Source of the DNA: an uncultured Candidatus Saccharibacteria bacterium
GTDB lineage: Bacteria; Patescibacteriota; Minisyncoccia; UBA6257; JACOXY01
DNA length: 64,000 bases
NCBI GenBank assembly: GCA_964357615.1
Contig: CAYHMC010000007.1
Span: 4,896 to 68,895, forward strand
Direction of reading: 5' to 3'
A program made the translations under genes and the position numbers. Below the pieces are notes generated by a model. The model worked only from the letters and a program-made list of their open reading frames with translations. It had not been told where the DNA came from and searched no databases. Positions 39,050-49,820 of this stretch are shown one piece after another. Positions within the stretch are counted from its first letter, which is position 1, and each line of letters opens with the position of its first letter.

Positions 39050-41185
39050 ATGGCAAATCAACAGCTTCTTGATTACATTCGTGAGCAAACTAACGCTGGC
39101 ACAGCACCTGAAGAAATTAAAAATGCGCTTGCCAAAACTGGTTGGCCAAGTAAATACATAGATGAGGGATTTTCTGAATTAGGTCACGCGCCAGTCACTT
39201 CGCCCTTACAAATCAATCCCCAAACAATAGGACAGCCAATCATACAAGAAACCGAACCTTTACGAAACTCGCAATCATATACTCCCTTATCTACTAATGA
39301 CCAGACTTCGGAAAACTCAACTTACGCAGAACCAAACCACAAAAACAGGAGCGGATTAGGACTGGCTCTTTTTGTCTTTGGCTTAATTATTATATTGGGT
39401 AGCGCAGTTGCATATGGATACATAATGAAAATTGGACCATTTGCTAGCGTTGTGCCATACACTGAAGATAATTTATTTTCAGGTTTGCTCACCTCATCAA
39501 ATTTAATAAATAGCGCAACTTATGAATTTAAAAGCGCCTTAACCATTAATCCAAGGGATGCGAATGCTATGTCTTGGAAGGGGACAGACAAACCAAACCC
39601 CGACTTAGATGCTAAATATAAAAGAGATTACAAAAGATCTGAAGCAATTGCTGATATTCTTGGCGAATTAACGGGGAAAAAAATTCCATATCCAGCAACC
39701 ATACAAGAAGCGATTAGCTATAGTTCTTCTTCGTACTACCGCATCGAAATAAATGATCCAACCACAAATAAACCATTTGAATACAAAGCAACAGAGAATG
39801 GAAATAATTTTTCCATAACAGTTACCTTTGAAACAGATAATGCAATTTCGGCAATAAAAAAAGCATATAAATATTCTTCAACCTCAACGCCTATTTCTAA
39901 CAAGCAAGTTACTTTCACTAAAAATAGTGCAAATTATTTTTATCTTCCAAGTACTTTGCCAAAACCACTGATACTTCAATTAGAAGAATCTTTTAACTAT
40001 TTACCACCGGGCACTTCTGGAGATTTCTCAATTAGCGCCACAGCCGACCGCAATGAACAAAATACCGACTGGAAGTTTAATGTTACTGCAAATGGTGACT
40101 TTGGAGACTTAACTTATAAAGTAAATCTTGATACTCTTAGAAAAAATAAGAATTATTATTTCAAAATTAACAATTTTCCCGATATTTTCCTTGCCTTTAT
40201 ACCCTCAATTGCAGCACTAAAAGGTTCATGGATTAAAATTGCCGGAAATTCAACTTCAACCGCACCTCTTTCACTAGATCCACTATCGATGCTTGCGAAA
40301 GAAATTCCAGAAGCAGAAGAATCGTACAAAAAGAATAAACAAGAATTTGTAGATGCGCTTAAAAAAACAGCGGAAATTGCCGACAGCGAAAATTTAATAA
40401 GCTTTAAAAACTCGCCAAAAAGCGAGCAAGTCGATAGGCGTAATTTATATCGATACGACTTAAAAATAAACAAGGAGGCTATTTTACCATTTTATAAAAA
40501 AATTCTTAGTGAAAATAAAAAAATAAATGATAGCTGGCCAATTCTAGATGATGGTTATGTTGCATATTTAGAAAGTTCAGAATTTAGTGAAATTTTTGAT
40601 TTTTATGACAAAAATACTTCTCTAACTCTTTGGGTAGACCAAAATGGATTTCCTGCGATATTAAGTTACGATATACGCGTTACACCACCAGATTCTGCAA
40701 TTCAGCTAAAAGAGAAACAAATAAATATTGTTCTAAAACTTACATTAACTGATATTAACGAATCAATAGACATTGAGGAACCTAAAGATGCAAAATCACT
40801 AGAAGACTTAGCATCCTTAAATAATACTACTTCGACAAGTATCAAAAACAACAACAATTCCATAATTATGTGCAATGATGAAGTATGCTTTAATCCAGAA
40901 TTTAAGAAGTGTGCAACTGGGTCAAGCTTTACCAAAAAAATAAATACAGATGGAGTGAGCTTGCTCACTATTATTGGTGCCGAATCAGGGAAATGCAATA
41001 TTGAAACTAAAATTATAAAAAGCCCTCTTAAAAACTTTGAAAATAAAACGATGGTTTGCTTATTAAATAATTCTAAAAACTTTACCGATGCAGCAATTGA
41101 ACTTGACTCTCAATTGAATAGCAATCTTGGGCAGTCGCCTTGCAAAGGAGAATTATTTGAAATAATGAAAGCTCTAAAAAATTAG
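39050..41185 (+). CDS. Large membrane-anchored hypothetical protein
   Basis: N-terminal LLDYIREQ...EEIKNALAKTGW, single TM, beta-rich ectodomain, Cys-containing C-terminal module. Confidence 0.8.
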   Translation: MANQQLLDYIREQTNAGTAPEEIKNALAKTGWPSKYIDEGFSELGHAPVTSPLQINPQTIGQPIIQETEPLRNSQSYTPLSTNDQTSENSTYAEPNHKNRSGLGLALFVFGLIIILGSAVAYGYIMKIGPFASVVPYTEDNLFSGLLTSSNLINSATYEFKSALTINPRDANAMSWKGTDKPNPDLDAKYKRDYKRSEAIADILGELTGKKIPYPATIQEAISYSSSSYYRIEINDPTTNKPFEYKATENGNNFSITVTFETDNAISAIKKAYKYSSTSTPISNKQVTFTKNSANYFYLPSTLPKPLILQLEESFNYLPPGTSGDFSISATADRNEQNTDWKFNVTANGDFGDLTYKVNLDTLRKNKNYYFKINNFPDIFLAFIPSIAALKGSWIKIAGNSTSTAPLSLDPLSMLAKEIPEAEESYKKNKQEFVDALKKTAEIADSENLISFKNSPKSEQVDRRNLYRYDLKINKEAILPFYKKILSENKKINDSWPILDDGYVAYLESSEFSEIFDFYDKNTSLTLWVDQNGFPAILSYDIRVTPPDSAIQLKEKQINIVLKLTLTDINESIDIEEPKDAKSLEDLASLNNTTSTSIKNNNNSIIMCNDEVCFNPEFKKCATGSSFTKKINTDGVSLLTIIGAESGKCNIETKIIKSPLKNFENKTMVCLLNNSKNFTDAAIELDSQLNSNLGQSPCKGELFEIMKALKN

Positions 41186-41266
41186 AAAATAAATCTATTG
41201 CAAAAAAACTATTAAATGCTATTTTTAGTAGTGTTACTACTAAAAATCATAAAATTATTTAAAAAT

Positions 41267-41821
41267 ATGAAAAAAATTATTATTGGCTTAGCTGTAATTG
41301 CAGTTTTGTTTCTAGGATACGGACTATCAATTTACAATAGTTTAATTAGCTCGAATGAATCTATAAATAACGGGTGGGCTCAAGTAGAAACTCAATATCA
41401 ACGAAGATTCGATTTAATTCCAAACCTAGTTGAATCAGTTAAGGGAATAATGAAGCAAGAGCAAGCTATTTTTCTAGCAATCGCTGATGCGCGCACTCGT
41501 TACTCTGGAGCAAAAAGCGTGGATGAAAAAGCAGTGGCAGCAACAAAACTGGAAAGTGAGTTTAGTAGATTACTTCTTATAATGGAAAATTACCCAACGC
41601 TTAAATCTTCAGAAAGCGTAACCACTTTAATGACACAATTAGAGGGAACAGAAAACAGAATCAGCGTAGAAAGAAAACGATTTAACGACACAATAAAAGA
41701 ATTTAATCTAACTATAAAAAGATTTCCGAGTAGCATTGTAGCTAGTATGTTTGGTTTTTCAGAACGACAATATTTTGAATCAGTAGTTGGATCCGAAAAT
41801 GCACCAAAAGTTCAAATCTAG
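41267..41821 (+). CDS. lemA: LemA family protein
   Basis: YNSL, WAQVETQYQRRFDLIPNLV, ENYPTLKS, TENRISVERKRFN; ATG 41267. Confidence 0.96.
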   Translation: MKKIIIGLAVIAVLFLGYGLSIYNSLISSNESINNGWAQVETQYQRRFDLIPNLVESVKGIMKQEQAIFLAIADARTRYSGAKSVDEKAVAATKLESEFSRLLLIMENYPTLKSSESVTTLMTQLEGTENRISVERKRFNDTIKEFNLTIKRFPSSIVASMFGFSERQYFESVVGSENAPKVQI

Positions 41822-42707
41822 TTTTATTCTAAACTTTAAATACTTCATTTTTATTGGGACATTTTTTTTGTTGCCCATTCCAATTTTTGCCTACATAAAT
41901 CCCGGAGCTCCATCGGGCTTTGTAAATGACTTCGCCAAGATTTTAAACACCGAAAACGAATCCCTGCTTGAAGAAAAAATTGCTTCTTTTGAAAAAGCGA
42001 CAAGAAATGAAATTGCCATAGCGATAATACAAAACTTGAGTGGCGATACAATTGAAAATTATGCTGAAAAACTTTTTAGCGACTGGGGTATCGGTAAGAA
42101 AAATTCTGACAACGGCGTATTAATTCTTATTGCAATTGAAGATCGCCAAATGCGAATCGAGGTTGGGTATGGCCTTGAAGGCTCATTAACAGACGCTCAG
42201 AGCATTTGGATAATTAACAACTCAATGAAGCCAGCTTTTCAGAAAAATGATTTTTACATTGGGATAAACGATGCGATTGATAAAATTATTTCCGCAACAA
42301 AGGGAGAAATTATACCAAGCGAATCAGCAGATAATCCCCTAAGTATCGGAAATGGTTTTGATTTTTTTGAAGGAATTGTAGCTTTTATTTTTGTAGGGTT
42401 TTCTTTTTTAGGAAGTATTTTAAGTCGCTCAAAATCTTGGTGGGCTGGTGGTATTGTGGGTGCAATTATTGGCATCATAACAGGATTTTATGTTGGCTTT
42501 ATTCCTTTTGGAATTTTATTAACTATTACACTTACGCTTTTGGGTTTAGCTTTTGATCACTTAGTCTCTGGCAACTACGCTCGAATGAGGGCCCTGGGCA
42601 AAAACCCGTCATGGTGGGCTGGCGGTAGGGGGTTTGGCGGATCTAGTGGTTCCGGTGGATTTGGAGGTGGTCGTTCTGGTGGCGGTGGCGCAAGTGGTCG
42701 ATGGTAG
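41799..42707 (+). CDS. TPM-domain (YgcG-like) membrane protein with Gly-rich tail
   Basis: VNDFAKIL, WGIGKKNSDNGVLIL, RIEVGYGLEG, FGGGRSGGGGASGRW. Confidence 0.93.
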   Translation: MHQKFKSSFILNFKYFIFIGTFFLLPIPIFAYINPGAPSGFVNDFAKILNTENESLLEEKIASFEKATRNEIAIAIIQNLSGDTIENYAEKLFSDWGIGKKNSDNGVLILIAIEDRQMRIEVGYGLEGSLTDAQSIWIINNSMKPAFQKNDFYIGINDAIDKIISATKGEIIPSESADNPLSIGNGFDFFEGIVAFIFVGFSFLGSILSRSKSWWAGGIVGAIIGIITGFYVGFIPFGILLTITLTLLGLAFDHLVSGNYARMRALGKNPSWWAGGRGFGGSSGSGGFGGGRSGGGGASGRW

Positions 42708-42764
42708 AAAGAATATTTTTATATTCTATTTGACAACAGTTGATATCTAAGTTATTTTATTCAC

Positions 42765-43103
42765 ATGATTTCAAAAGACTCGCTAACAAACTATAAAATA
42801 AAGCTGGAAGATGAGAAGGCAATTTTAGAGCAGGAAATAAAAGACTTGGAACAGAAGCCAGATTTTGGAGGAGATTCAGTTGATATTGAAACAGAAGAAT
42901 CTGACGAATCGGAAGTTATATCAACAAATCTTGCATTGGCACAACCACTAAAAGAGCGACTGAGTGAAGTTAATGACGCACTTTCTAAAATTGTAAATGG
43001 TGGCTTCGGGGTTTGTGAAAAATGCAAAAATGAAATTGACGAAGAGTTACTTTCTATAAATCCAGAATCTAGACTTTGTAGAAAGTGCAAACTAGAGCTT
43101 TAA
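42765..43103 (+). CDS. TraR/DksA C4-type zinc-finger protein
   Basis: Coiled coil plus FGVCEKC...INPESRLCRKC. Confidence 0.9.
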   Translation: MISKDSLTNYKIKLEDEKAILEQEIKDLEQKPDFGGDSVDIETEESDESEVISTNLALAQPLKERLSEVNDALSKIVNGGFGVCEKCKNEIDEELLSINPESRLCRKCKLEL

Positions 43104-43158
43104 ATTTATAAATCTTGTTATTAAACTGCTCTAAATAAAAATTGGGGCTGAATTTTTT

Positions 43159-44712
43159 ATGTCTTCTTTTTCTAAAGTATTTTCAGCTGAACTTGAGGGA
43201 ATTAATGCCAGATTAATTGATGTGGAGGTGGACACTTTAGTCGGCCTACATTCTTTTAATATTGTAGGCCTTGCCGACAAAGCTCTCTCCGAAGCAAAAG
43301 AGAGAGTTAACTCAGCTTTAAAAAACTCTGACATTAAACCACCCAACAAAGAGAATAGGAAAATAACAGTAAATCTTGCTCCAGCGGACATAAAGAAAGC
43401 TGGATCGCAATACGATCTTGCTATTGCGATTGGTTACGCGCTTACCACAGAACAAATAAGACCATTTGATACAAAAGATAAAGTTTTTGTTGGGGAACTT
43501 GCGCTAAACGGAGAACTTCGCCCAATAAGTGGAGCACTAAGCATAGCTGAAATGGCAGAAGGACTTGGATATAAATATTTATTTCTTCCAAAAACCAACG
43601 CTGAAGAAGCGAATATAATAAAAAGAATAAATGTTATTGGGGTAGAGACACTAAAAGAACTGATAAGTTTTCTTGAAAATCCAGAGAAACTACACATTTC
43701 ACCAAAAGAAAACACGAAAACAAAAAATGAAAGTAATGAATTCAAAATCACGCTAGACGATATTCGTGGCCAAGAAAATGCAAAACGGGCGCTAATCATC
43801 TCGGCTTCTGGTGGTCATAATCTGCTAATGACAGGCACTCCTGGCGCCGGCAAAAGCATTATAGCCGAGAGTATAATATCTATTTTACCAGAAACAACAC
43901 CAGAAGAATCAATTGAGATAACAAAAGTTTGGAGTGCCGCAGGCCTTAATAAAGGAGGGTTAATAAGTGTTCGTCCTTTCCGATCACCACACCATAGCGC
44001 TTCAATTATCTCTGTGGTTGGAGGAGGCTCAAACCCAAAACCAGGAGAAATAAGCTTAGCGCATCGTGGTGTTTTATTCTTAGATGAAATGCCAGAATTT
44101 CCGCGAAGCATCCTTGAGTCTCTTCGTCAGCCACTAGAAAATGGCGAAGTTCGTGTCGCAAGAGCAAAAGCCACGCTAACATTTCCCGCACGCTTTATAC
44201 TTGTTGCCGCCATGAATCCATGCCCTTGTGGTTACTTTGGAGACAAAGAACATGAATGTCGCTGTAGCGCCAACGAAGTTTTTAAATATGAAAAAAGAAT
44301 TTCTGGACCATTACTTGATAGAATCGATTTACAAATATTAGTGCCAAGAGTAAGTGTTGGTGAATTAATGGAAAAAAGACCTAAAAACAACGGCTCGGAA
44401 ACTAAAAAATCTAGGGAACAAATCCAAAGAGCCAGAGATATTCAAACAAAAAGATTTTCTGGACTTAAGGGTCAAAGGAAAATTTTCACTAATGCTGAAA
44501 TGTCATCAAAGGAATGCGAGGAACTAATTCAACTTTCGTCTGACTCTGAAATATTTCTAAAAAAGATTTTAGAAGACAATCTTGTTTCTGCTCGCGGGTA
44601 TTATCGAATTTTAAAAACGGCAAGGACAATTGCAGACCTTGAGGCTTCGTTAGAAGTAAAAAAAGAGCATCTCGCAGAGGCATTTTCATACAGAATAAGA
44701 AACAGAGAATAG
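43159..44712 (+). CDS. comM: YifB/ComM Mg-chelatase-like AAA+ ATPase
   Basis: VNLAPADIKKAGSQYDLAIA, GTPGAGKS, RPFRSPHH, PGEISLAHRGVLFLDE, AMNPCPCG. Confidence 0.95.
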   Translation: MSSFSKVFSAELEGINARLIDVEVDTLVGLHSFNIVGLADKALSEAKERVNSALKNSDIKPPNKENRKITVNLAPADIKKAGSQYDLAIAIGYALTTEQIRPFDTKDKVFVGELALNGELRPISGALSIAEMAEGLGYKYLFLPKTNAEEANIIKRINVIGVETLKELISFLENPEKLHISPKENTKTKNESNEFKITLDDIRGQENAKRALIISASGGHNLLMTGTPGAGKSIIAESIISILPETTPEESIEITKVWSAAGLNKGGLISVRPFRSPHHSASIISVVGGGSNPKPGEISLAHRGVLFLDEMPEFPRSILESLRQPLENGEVRVARAKATLTFPARFILVAAMNPCPCGYFGDKEHECRCSANEVFKYEKRISGPLLDRIDLQILVPRVSVGELMEKRPKNNGSETKKSREQIQRARDIQTKRFSGLKGQRKIFTNAEMSSKECEELIQLSSDSEIFLKKILEDNLVSARGYYRILKTARTIADLEASLEVKKEHLAEAFSYRIRNRE

Positions 44713-44744
44713 AGGCGCGAAAGTAAAAATGCTATAATTTAAAT

Positions 44745-44927
44745 ATGGATAATAATGATAAGGTACCTCAATTTGCTAAAGAAATTTTTCTTGCTTTTTC
44801 AGTTTTTGCAATTTGCAATCTTACCACTCAAGTAGTATTAGGAACTTTTTTTGATAATAGTTTAATATATTCCGTTCCCATAGCATCGTTTCTAATTATC
44901 TTTTATAAAAAAGGCGCGGAGTGGTAA
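44745..44927 (+). CDS. Small 2-TM hypothetical protein
   Basis: 60-aa hydrophobic ORF filling the gap; TATAAT just upstream. Confidence 0.5.
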   Translation: MDNNDKVPQFAKEIFLAFSVFAICNLTTQVVLGTFFDNSLIYSVPIASFLIIFYKKGAEW

Positions 44928-45000
44928 TAAAAAATATAATAATGACGATAATTAATGTTAATTATTTACGCTCATCTTCGATGAGATATCTCTAAGTGGA

Positions 45001-45573
45001 ATGAATAAAAATCGAACCATTACACCTAATGCCATTTTGATGGTCATCATAGTAGTTTTAGGAATTATAATTTTTGTAATTGCTAAAAACTACAAAGAAA
45101 GCACACTAAATAATATTGGTCCAAATTGCGAACTCGGAAAATGCTCGGAAGTAAATACCAAAACAAAAGATTGGCAAACCTACGACAACAAGGAATATGG
45201 ATTTGCGGTCAAATTTCCATCTGAATTAAAAAGCCAAGAAAAAACAGAAGGAAGTGGCATTAATTTTTTGGGTGAACTAAATGGTAAAAACTTTTTTCTA
45301 AATTTTGAATACATTTCGCAAAATACGCTCAATTTAATGGGAATAACGGCCTGTGAAGCACATCCAGAAAGCCCCGCTTGCGAGCATTTTTCTTATAATG
45401 GTTTAAATTTCATAATTAGTTGGAATACAGAAAATGAAGGAATGTACTCGGGGTCTAGAGCCGAAATTTTAAAACCTGATGGTGGTAAAATTGTTATCAG
45501 CACTCTTTATTCGCCAAGCCAAGAAATCAAAACGCTTTTTAGATTAATGCTTTCCACATTTAAATTTTTATAA
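45001..45573 (+). CDS. Membrane-anchored PsbP-like domain protein
   Basis: TM, then DWQTYDNKEYGFAVKFP...MLSTFKF. Confidence 0.7.
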   Translation: MNKNRTITPNAILMVIIVVLGIIIFVIAKNYKESTLNNIGPNCELGKCSEVNTKTKDWQTYDNKEYGFAVKFPSELKSQEKTEGSGINFLGELNGKNFFLNFEYISQNTLNLMGITACEAHPESPACEHFSYNGLNFIISWNTENEGMYSGSRAEILKPDGGKIVISTLYSPSQEIKTLFRLMLSTFKFL

Positions 45574-45646
45574 AAATCAGCAATTGCTATAACCCTACAT
45601 ACATGCTAAAAAAATAATAGCTCTGTTGCTTAGCTGGTGGTAATAA

Positions 45647-46216
45647 ATGGAAGTGGTGAATCGAAGATCTTTGCTTATAGCAATGTTTTTAGGAGTTTTT
45701 TATGGATGTGTAAATGCTATGAAAGCAATTCGTAGCACAATAAAACTAGGTATTAAACTATATGATAAGGGTGATATGCTTTTTGAAACTCAATACTGGT
45801 ATGCATCATTAAAAAATGATCAAACATACCTAGGAAGTGCATTTCTTAGACTTAGGAGAGTAGAAAGTAATTTTGGAAACTTAACAAACGAAGAAATGCT
45901 TGAGCTACTAAAGATAATCGATATGATAGAGCGAACAACTAAAAAAATCTTTGGCTCTTCTCATGCCAATTGGTTTTGTTTAATGAATCATGCATATCGC
46001 ATTCATCCACCAATTCCATTAGTGCATATTCATCTTCATCCAAGATATATGCAACAGAAAATTATTTTTGCGGGATATGAATTTACAGATAACGCTCCTG
46101 CGGAGCTTTTTGAATCAAAAGATGTGATTGTACCAGATAGCGTGCGCAAAGAAATTATTCGCGCATACCAAGAAGAATTTAGAAATTACGAACTACTGCC
46201 GACTAATTTTAACTAG
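45647..46216 (+). CDS. HIT family hydrolase (true start possibly 45719)
   Basis: VHIHLHPRY histidine triad. Confidence 0.85.
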   Translation: MEVVNRRSLLIAMFLGVFYGCVNAMKAIRSTIKLGIKLYDKGDMLFETQYWYASLKNDQTYLGSAFLRLRRVESNFGNLTNEEMLELLKIIDMIERTTKKIFGSSHANWFCLMNHAYRIHPPIPLVHIHLHPRYMQQKIIFAGYEFTDNAPAELFESKDVIVPDSVRKEIIRAYQEEFRNYELLPTNFN

Positions 46217-46399
46217 TCGGTTTTTTATATGTTAAACATCTGTTGTTTAACATATAATCTGTTTGTTGATAAACAAATTCTAATCTGTATTTATAAAATT
46301 AAGTGGACTCGCCTCAATCAAACACGATAACCTTATTATCAAATAATTCAGATTTTGATTATTTTAAAAACGGATTCGGAGAATCACTTTGCTAAATAC

Positions 46400-46631
46400 T
46401 TGAGAGTGAGTTGCGAGATTAAATTAAAAAATTCTAGGCTTGTCGACACTGCTGTATCCACTGCGATACAGCAGTGAGGCATAATGAAGAAATTTTTAAT
46501 TTTAACCGCAACCCAAGGGGACATACTAATTTTTGGTAATCGCTACGTTGCTCCTCGTCGTCGTATAGCTATGGATACGCCTTCTTCGTCGCGCCTTGCA
46601 CTTACAAAAAATTAGCTATGTCGCGCTTCAA
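46400..46631. repeat. Composite double-hairpin palindromic element between convergent genes
   Basis: Arm 1 46410-46512 with perfect core CACTGCTGTATC/GATACAGCAGTG; arm 2 46520-46622 GACATA-CTAATTTTT...AAAAATTAG-C-TATGTC. Confidence 0.75.
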
Positions 46632-47714
46632 TTATTTAGTAAAGGGATTCCTAGCTCCGTGAACTTCAAAGTGAACATGACACCCTGTGGCTTTGCCTGT
46701 TTTACCAATTTTAGCAATAGTATCGCCTTTTTCTACATAACCACCAATTTCTACTAGATTCTCAAGTGTATGAGCATATAGAGTTTCAGTTCCGTTTTGA
46801 TGTTCTAAAACAACATATCCTCCGTATCCACCATTCCATAGACTTGGATTGCCTACTTTGGTTACCATGCCCGAAGCAGATGCCGTTATTTTAGTCCCGC
46901 AAACATTGGCGAAATCAACTGCATTACTACTATGAAGAACGCCCCAATTTAAACTATTAGATGGTACTGGATAAGCAAAAAAACCCGCTAAACTTGGGAG
47001 ATTATTTTGGCTTTCTTTTGCTATAGCAGACAATGACCTAAGTGGCTTACCGTTAGGAATGATTAACTTAGCTCCAGGCATTATTTCATTTGGATTTTCT
47101 ATATCGTTGGTCTTTATAATAGTTGACTCAGAAATACCAAACGATGCAGATATAGATTCAATAGTATCTCCTGGCTTTGCCTCATAAATAACACCAGAAA
47201 CTGGAAGGATTATAAGTTCACTACCTTCTTTTAATGAGCTATTTTTACTCAATCCATTTGCCCAGATAATTGTATTCAATGATATTCCAAACTGAGAAGC
47301 TATTTTTGAAAGATTATCGCCATCTTGCACCGCATAAGTTAAAACATCACCATCATGATTTGCAGTTGACTCTCCAGAAACTGCTACGCTATTTAAAAGA
47401 ATTGCATTTTTAACGATATAAAGCTCTGGGATATCATCCTCAATAAAAATAGTACTATATTCTTCGCTGAAAACATCTCCAGACGGCGATACTGCTTTAA
47501 GAATTGTGCCATTATTTGAAATATCGCCAGATTCAAGTAAAAGGTCTTCTGGCCCACCCATCGCAAAGCTATTTCTAACGCCCACTAAAAGCTCAGAGGA
47601 CAAAAACCCGCTTACAATAAGCCCGGAAAGCAAAACCAGACCTAAATAGAAATGAATTTTCTTAAAACGCAACTTCAACCTGCTAAAAACCATACTTAAA
47701 CTAGGCTCGGTCAT
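46632..47714 (-). CDS. LysM x2 plus M23 family peptidase
   Basis: YAVQDGDNLSKIASQFGIS, HSSNAVD, YAHT, TGCHVHFEV. Confidence 0.93.
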   Translation of the reverse strand: MTEPSLSMVFSRLKLRFKKIHFYLGLVLLSGLIVSGFLSSELLVGVRNSFAMGGPEDLLLESGDISNNGTILKAVSPSGDVFSEEYSTIFIEDDIPELYIVKNAILLNSVAVSGESTANHDGDVLTYAVQDGDNLSKIASQFGISLNTIIWANGLSKNSSLKEGSELIILPVSGVIYEAKPGDTIESISASFGISESTIIKTNDIENPNEIMPGAKLIIPNGKPLRSLSAIAKESQNNLPSLAGFFAYPVPSNSLNWGVLHSSNAVDFANVCGTKITASASGMVTKVGNPSLWNGGYGGYVVLEHQNGTETLYAHTLENLVEIGGYVEKGDTIAKIGKTGKATGCHVHFEVHGARNPFTK

Positions 47715-47955
47715 AATTAAAATCTTTTTAATTTTATAGGAGATTTTAATAGATAAAATCTATTAAATTACTTTTTAATACTATCTAAATTACTCTTTTG
47801 ATTGTATTATCGAGAAAAAAGCTTATTTAGTGTATAATTGATTGGAATTACAATCGAATAACACCTTTTTATTATTTGTTACTTGTTTAACAATAAGTAA
47901 CTGTGTTTATAACTAAGAAGTCTAACAAAAAAGTCGCTTATGCGACCCTAAGATT

Positions 47956-49791
47956 ATGATAGCACACAACCTAAACTCAAAGCAACTTGAAGCTGTAGAA
48001 AGCTCAAGCGGGCCACTACTTATAATAGCGGGCGCTGGCTCTGGAAAAACAAAAACTCTAACAAATAGACTCCGTTTTTTAATTCAAAGTGGAATAGCAC
48101 CAGAGTCAATTATTGCCATAACCTTTACAAACAAAGCTGCAAATGAAATGGTTGAGAGAATTTATTCGTCAGATGCCTCAAATTTAAATATGGGAGGCAC
48201 TATCGCAAGAACCAAAATGCCGTATGTAGGAACTTTTCATTCTTTTGGAGCCAGAATTTTAAGAACCGAAGCTCACAACTTAAACCGCAACACAAACTAT
48301 ACAATATATGACGGGGATGACTCTCTAGCAGCCCTAAAAAGAACAATTAAAAGTTTAGGGTTGGCCAAAAAAGAAGCTATGGGACCATCTCTTCTGCGTT
48401 ACTATATTTCAAAAATTAAAAGCGAACTTTTAACGCCAATCGATGTCATCGATGACGATAAACTACCCATGCTAAAAGCGGTTTTTGAAGAATATGAGAA
48501 AGAACTAGAACGCAATAATGCCTTTGATTTTGACGACCTTATTCAAAAACCAGTTATGCTTTGGAGGGGAAGTATTGAGCTTTTGCAAAAATACCAAAAT
48601 AAATATCAATATATTTTGGTAGATGAATTTCAAGATGTGAATACTGCTCAATATGAGTTCGTTAGGCTTCTTGCAAAAGTTCACCAGAACATAAATGTAG
48701 TTGGTGACGACGCGCAAGCAATTTACGGCTTTAGGTATGCTAACTATAAACATTTCCTTAATTTTGAAAATGATTGGCCTAACACAAAAATCATTCTTCT
48801 CGAAGAGAATTACAGATCAACCGGAAACATATTAGAAGCAGCTAATGCCATAATAGCGAACAATAAAACTCAAAAACCAAAGAAGCTGTGGACTCAAAAT
48901 AAAAAAGGTACTCTTTTAAAAGTTAAGGAACATAACGACGGAGTTTCTGAAGCAGAATGGATTGCAGAAATCATTAAGTCAGGCGGAACAGATATAGAAT
49001 CCACTGCCATTATTTATAGAACCAATGCTCAATCTAGAGCTATAGAACAAGCTTTAATTGAACAAGATATTCAATATAAAATTTTCGGCAGTATTAGGTT
49101 TTATGATCGTAAAGAAATTAAAGACATCGTTGCCTGTCTTAGGTATGCAACAAACCCAAGAGACGCGGTAAGCGCCGATCGCATACAAAAAAGTTTTTAT
49201 GCAAAACCATTTCGCGAGTTAATTATGAACCTTCCATCTAAAGCAAAAGAATTATCTCCGTTTGAACTTATAATTTATTGCATTAAAACAACAGACTACT
49301 TTGAATACTTAAAGAAAAATTATCCCAACGCAGAAGAAAGGATAGGGAACTTAGAAGAACTTATGGGATTCGCAGAAAAATACACCGAACTCTTTGAGTT
49401 CCTAGAAAAAATTTCTCTATTACAATCAACTGATAACGAAAATGCTAAAGACAATAAATATCAAAGCAAGCTGGGTAGCAATCGCACAATTTCGCTTATG
49501 ACTATTCACATAGCTAAGGGTCTTGAGTTTGACAGAGTAATAGTTTCTGGAGTAAATGAAGGAATCCTGCCACACCAAATGTCTTATGGAACATCAGAAG
49601 AAATTGAGGAGGAGCGCCGATTAATGTATGTAGCAATGACGCGGGCAAAAAAAGAATTGTCTCTAAGTTTTTATGATTTGGGATCGCGCTTTTTATATGA
49701 AATACCACCAGAACTTATCAATTTTGAATCTTCGCTTGGTAATACAGCTGACTTCGTAGACGACGAAGAACGATATATATCCTTTGATTAA
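47956..49791 (+). CDS. pcrA: UvrD/PcrA/Rep ATP-dependent DNA helicase
   Basis: AGAGSGKT, TFTNKAA, VDEFQD, VGDDAQAIYGFR, ENYRST, AKGLEF, EERRLMYVAMTRAK. Confidence 0.93.
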   Translation: MIAHNLNSKQLEAVESSSGPLLIIAGAGSGKTKTLTNRLRFLIQSGIAPESIIAITFTNKAANEMVERIYSSDASNLNMGGTIARTKMPYVGTFHSFGARILRTEAHNLNRNTNYTIYDGDDSLAALKRTIKSLGLAKKEAMGPSLLRYYISKIKSELLTPIDVIDDDKLPMLKAVFEEYEKELERNNAFDFDDLIQKPVMLWRGSIELLQKYQNKYQYILVDEFQDVNTAQYEFVRLLAKVHQNINVVGDDAQAIYGFRYANYKHFLNFENDWPNTKIILLEENYRSTGNILEAANAIIANNKTQKPKKLWTQNKKGTLLKVKEHNDGVSEAEWIAEIIKSGGTDIESTAIIYRTNAQSRAIEQALIEQDIQYKIFGSIRFYDRKEIKDIVACLRYATNPRDAVSADRIQKSFYAKPFRELIMNLPSKAKELSPFELIIYCIKTTDYFEYLKKNYPNAEERIGNLEELMGFAEKYTELFEFLEKISLLQSTDNENAKDNKYQSKLGSNRTISLMTIHIAKGLEFDRVIVSGVNEGILPHQMSYGTSEEIEEERRLMYVAMTRAKKELSLSFYDLGSRFLYEIPPELINFESSLGNTADFVDDEERYISFD

Positions 49792-49820
49792 ATAATGTTT
49801 GAATTTAAACCCAAAACATA

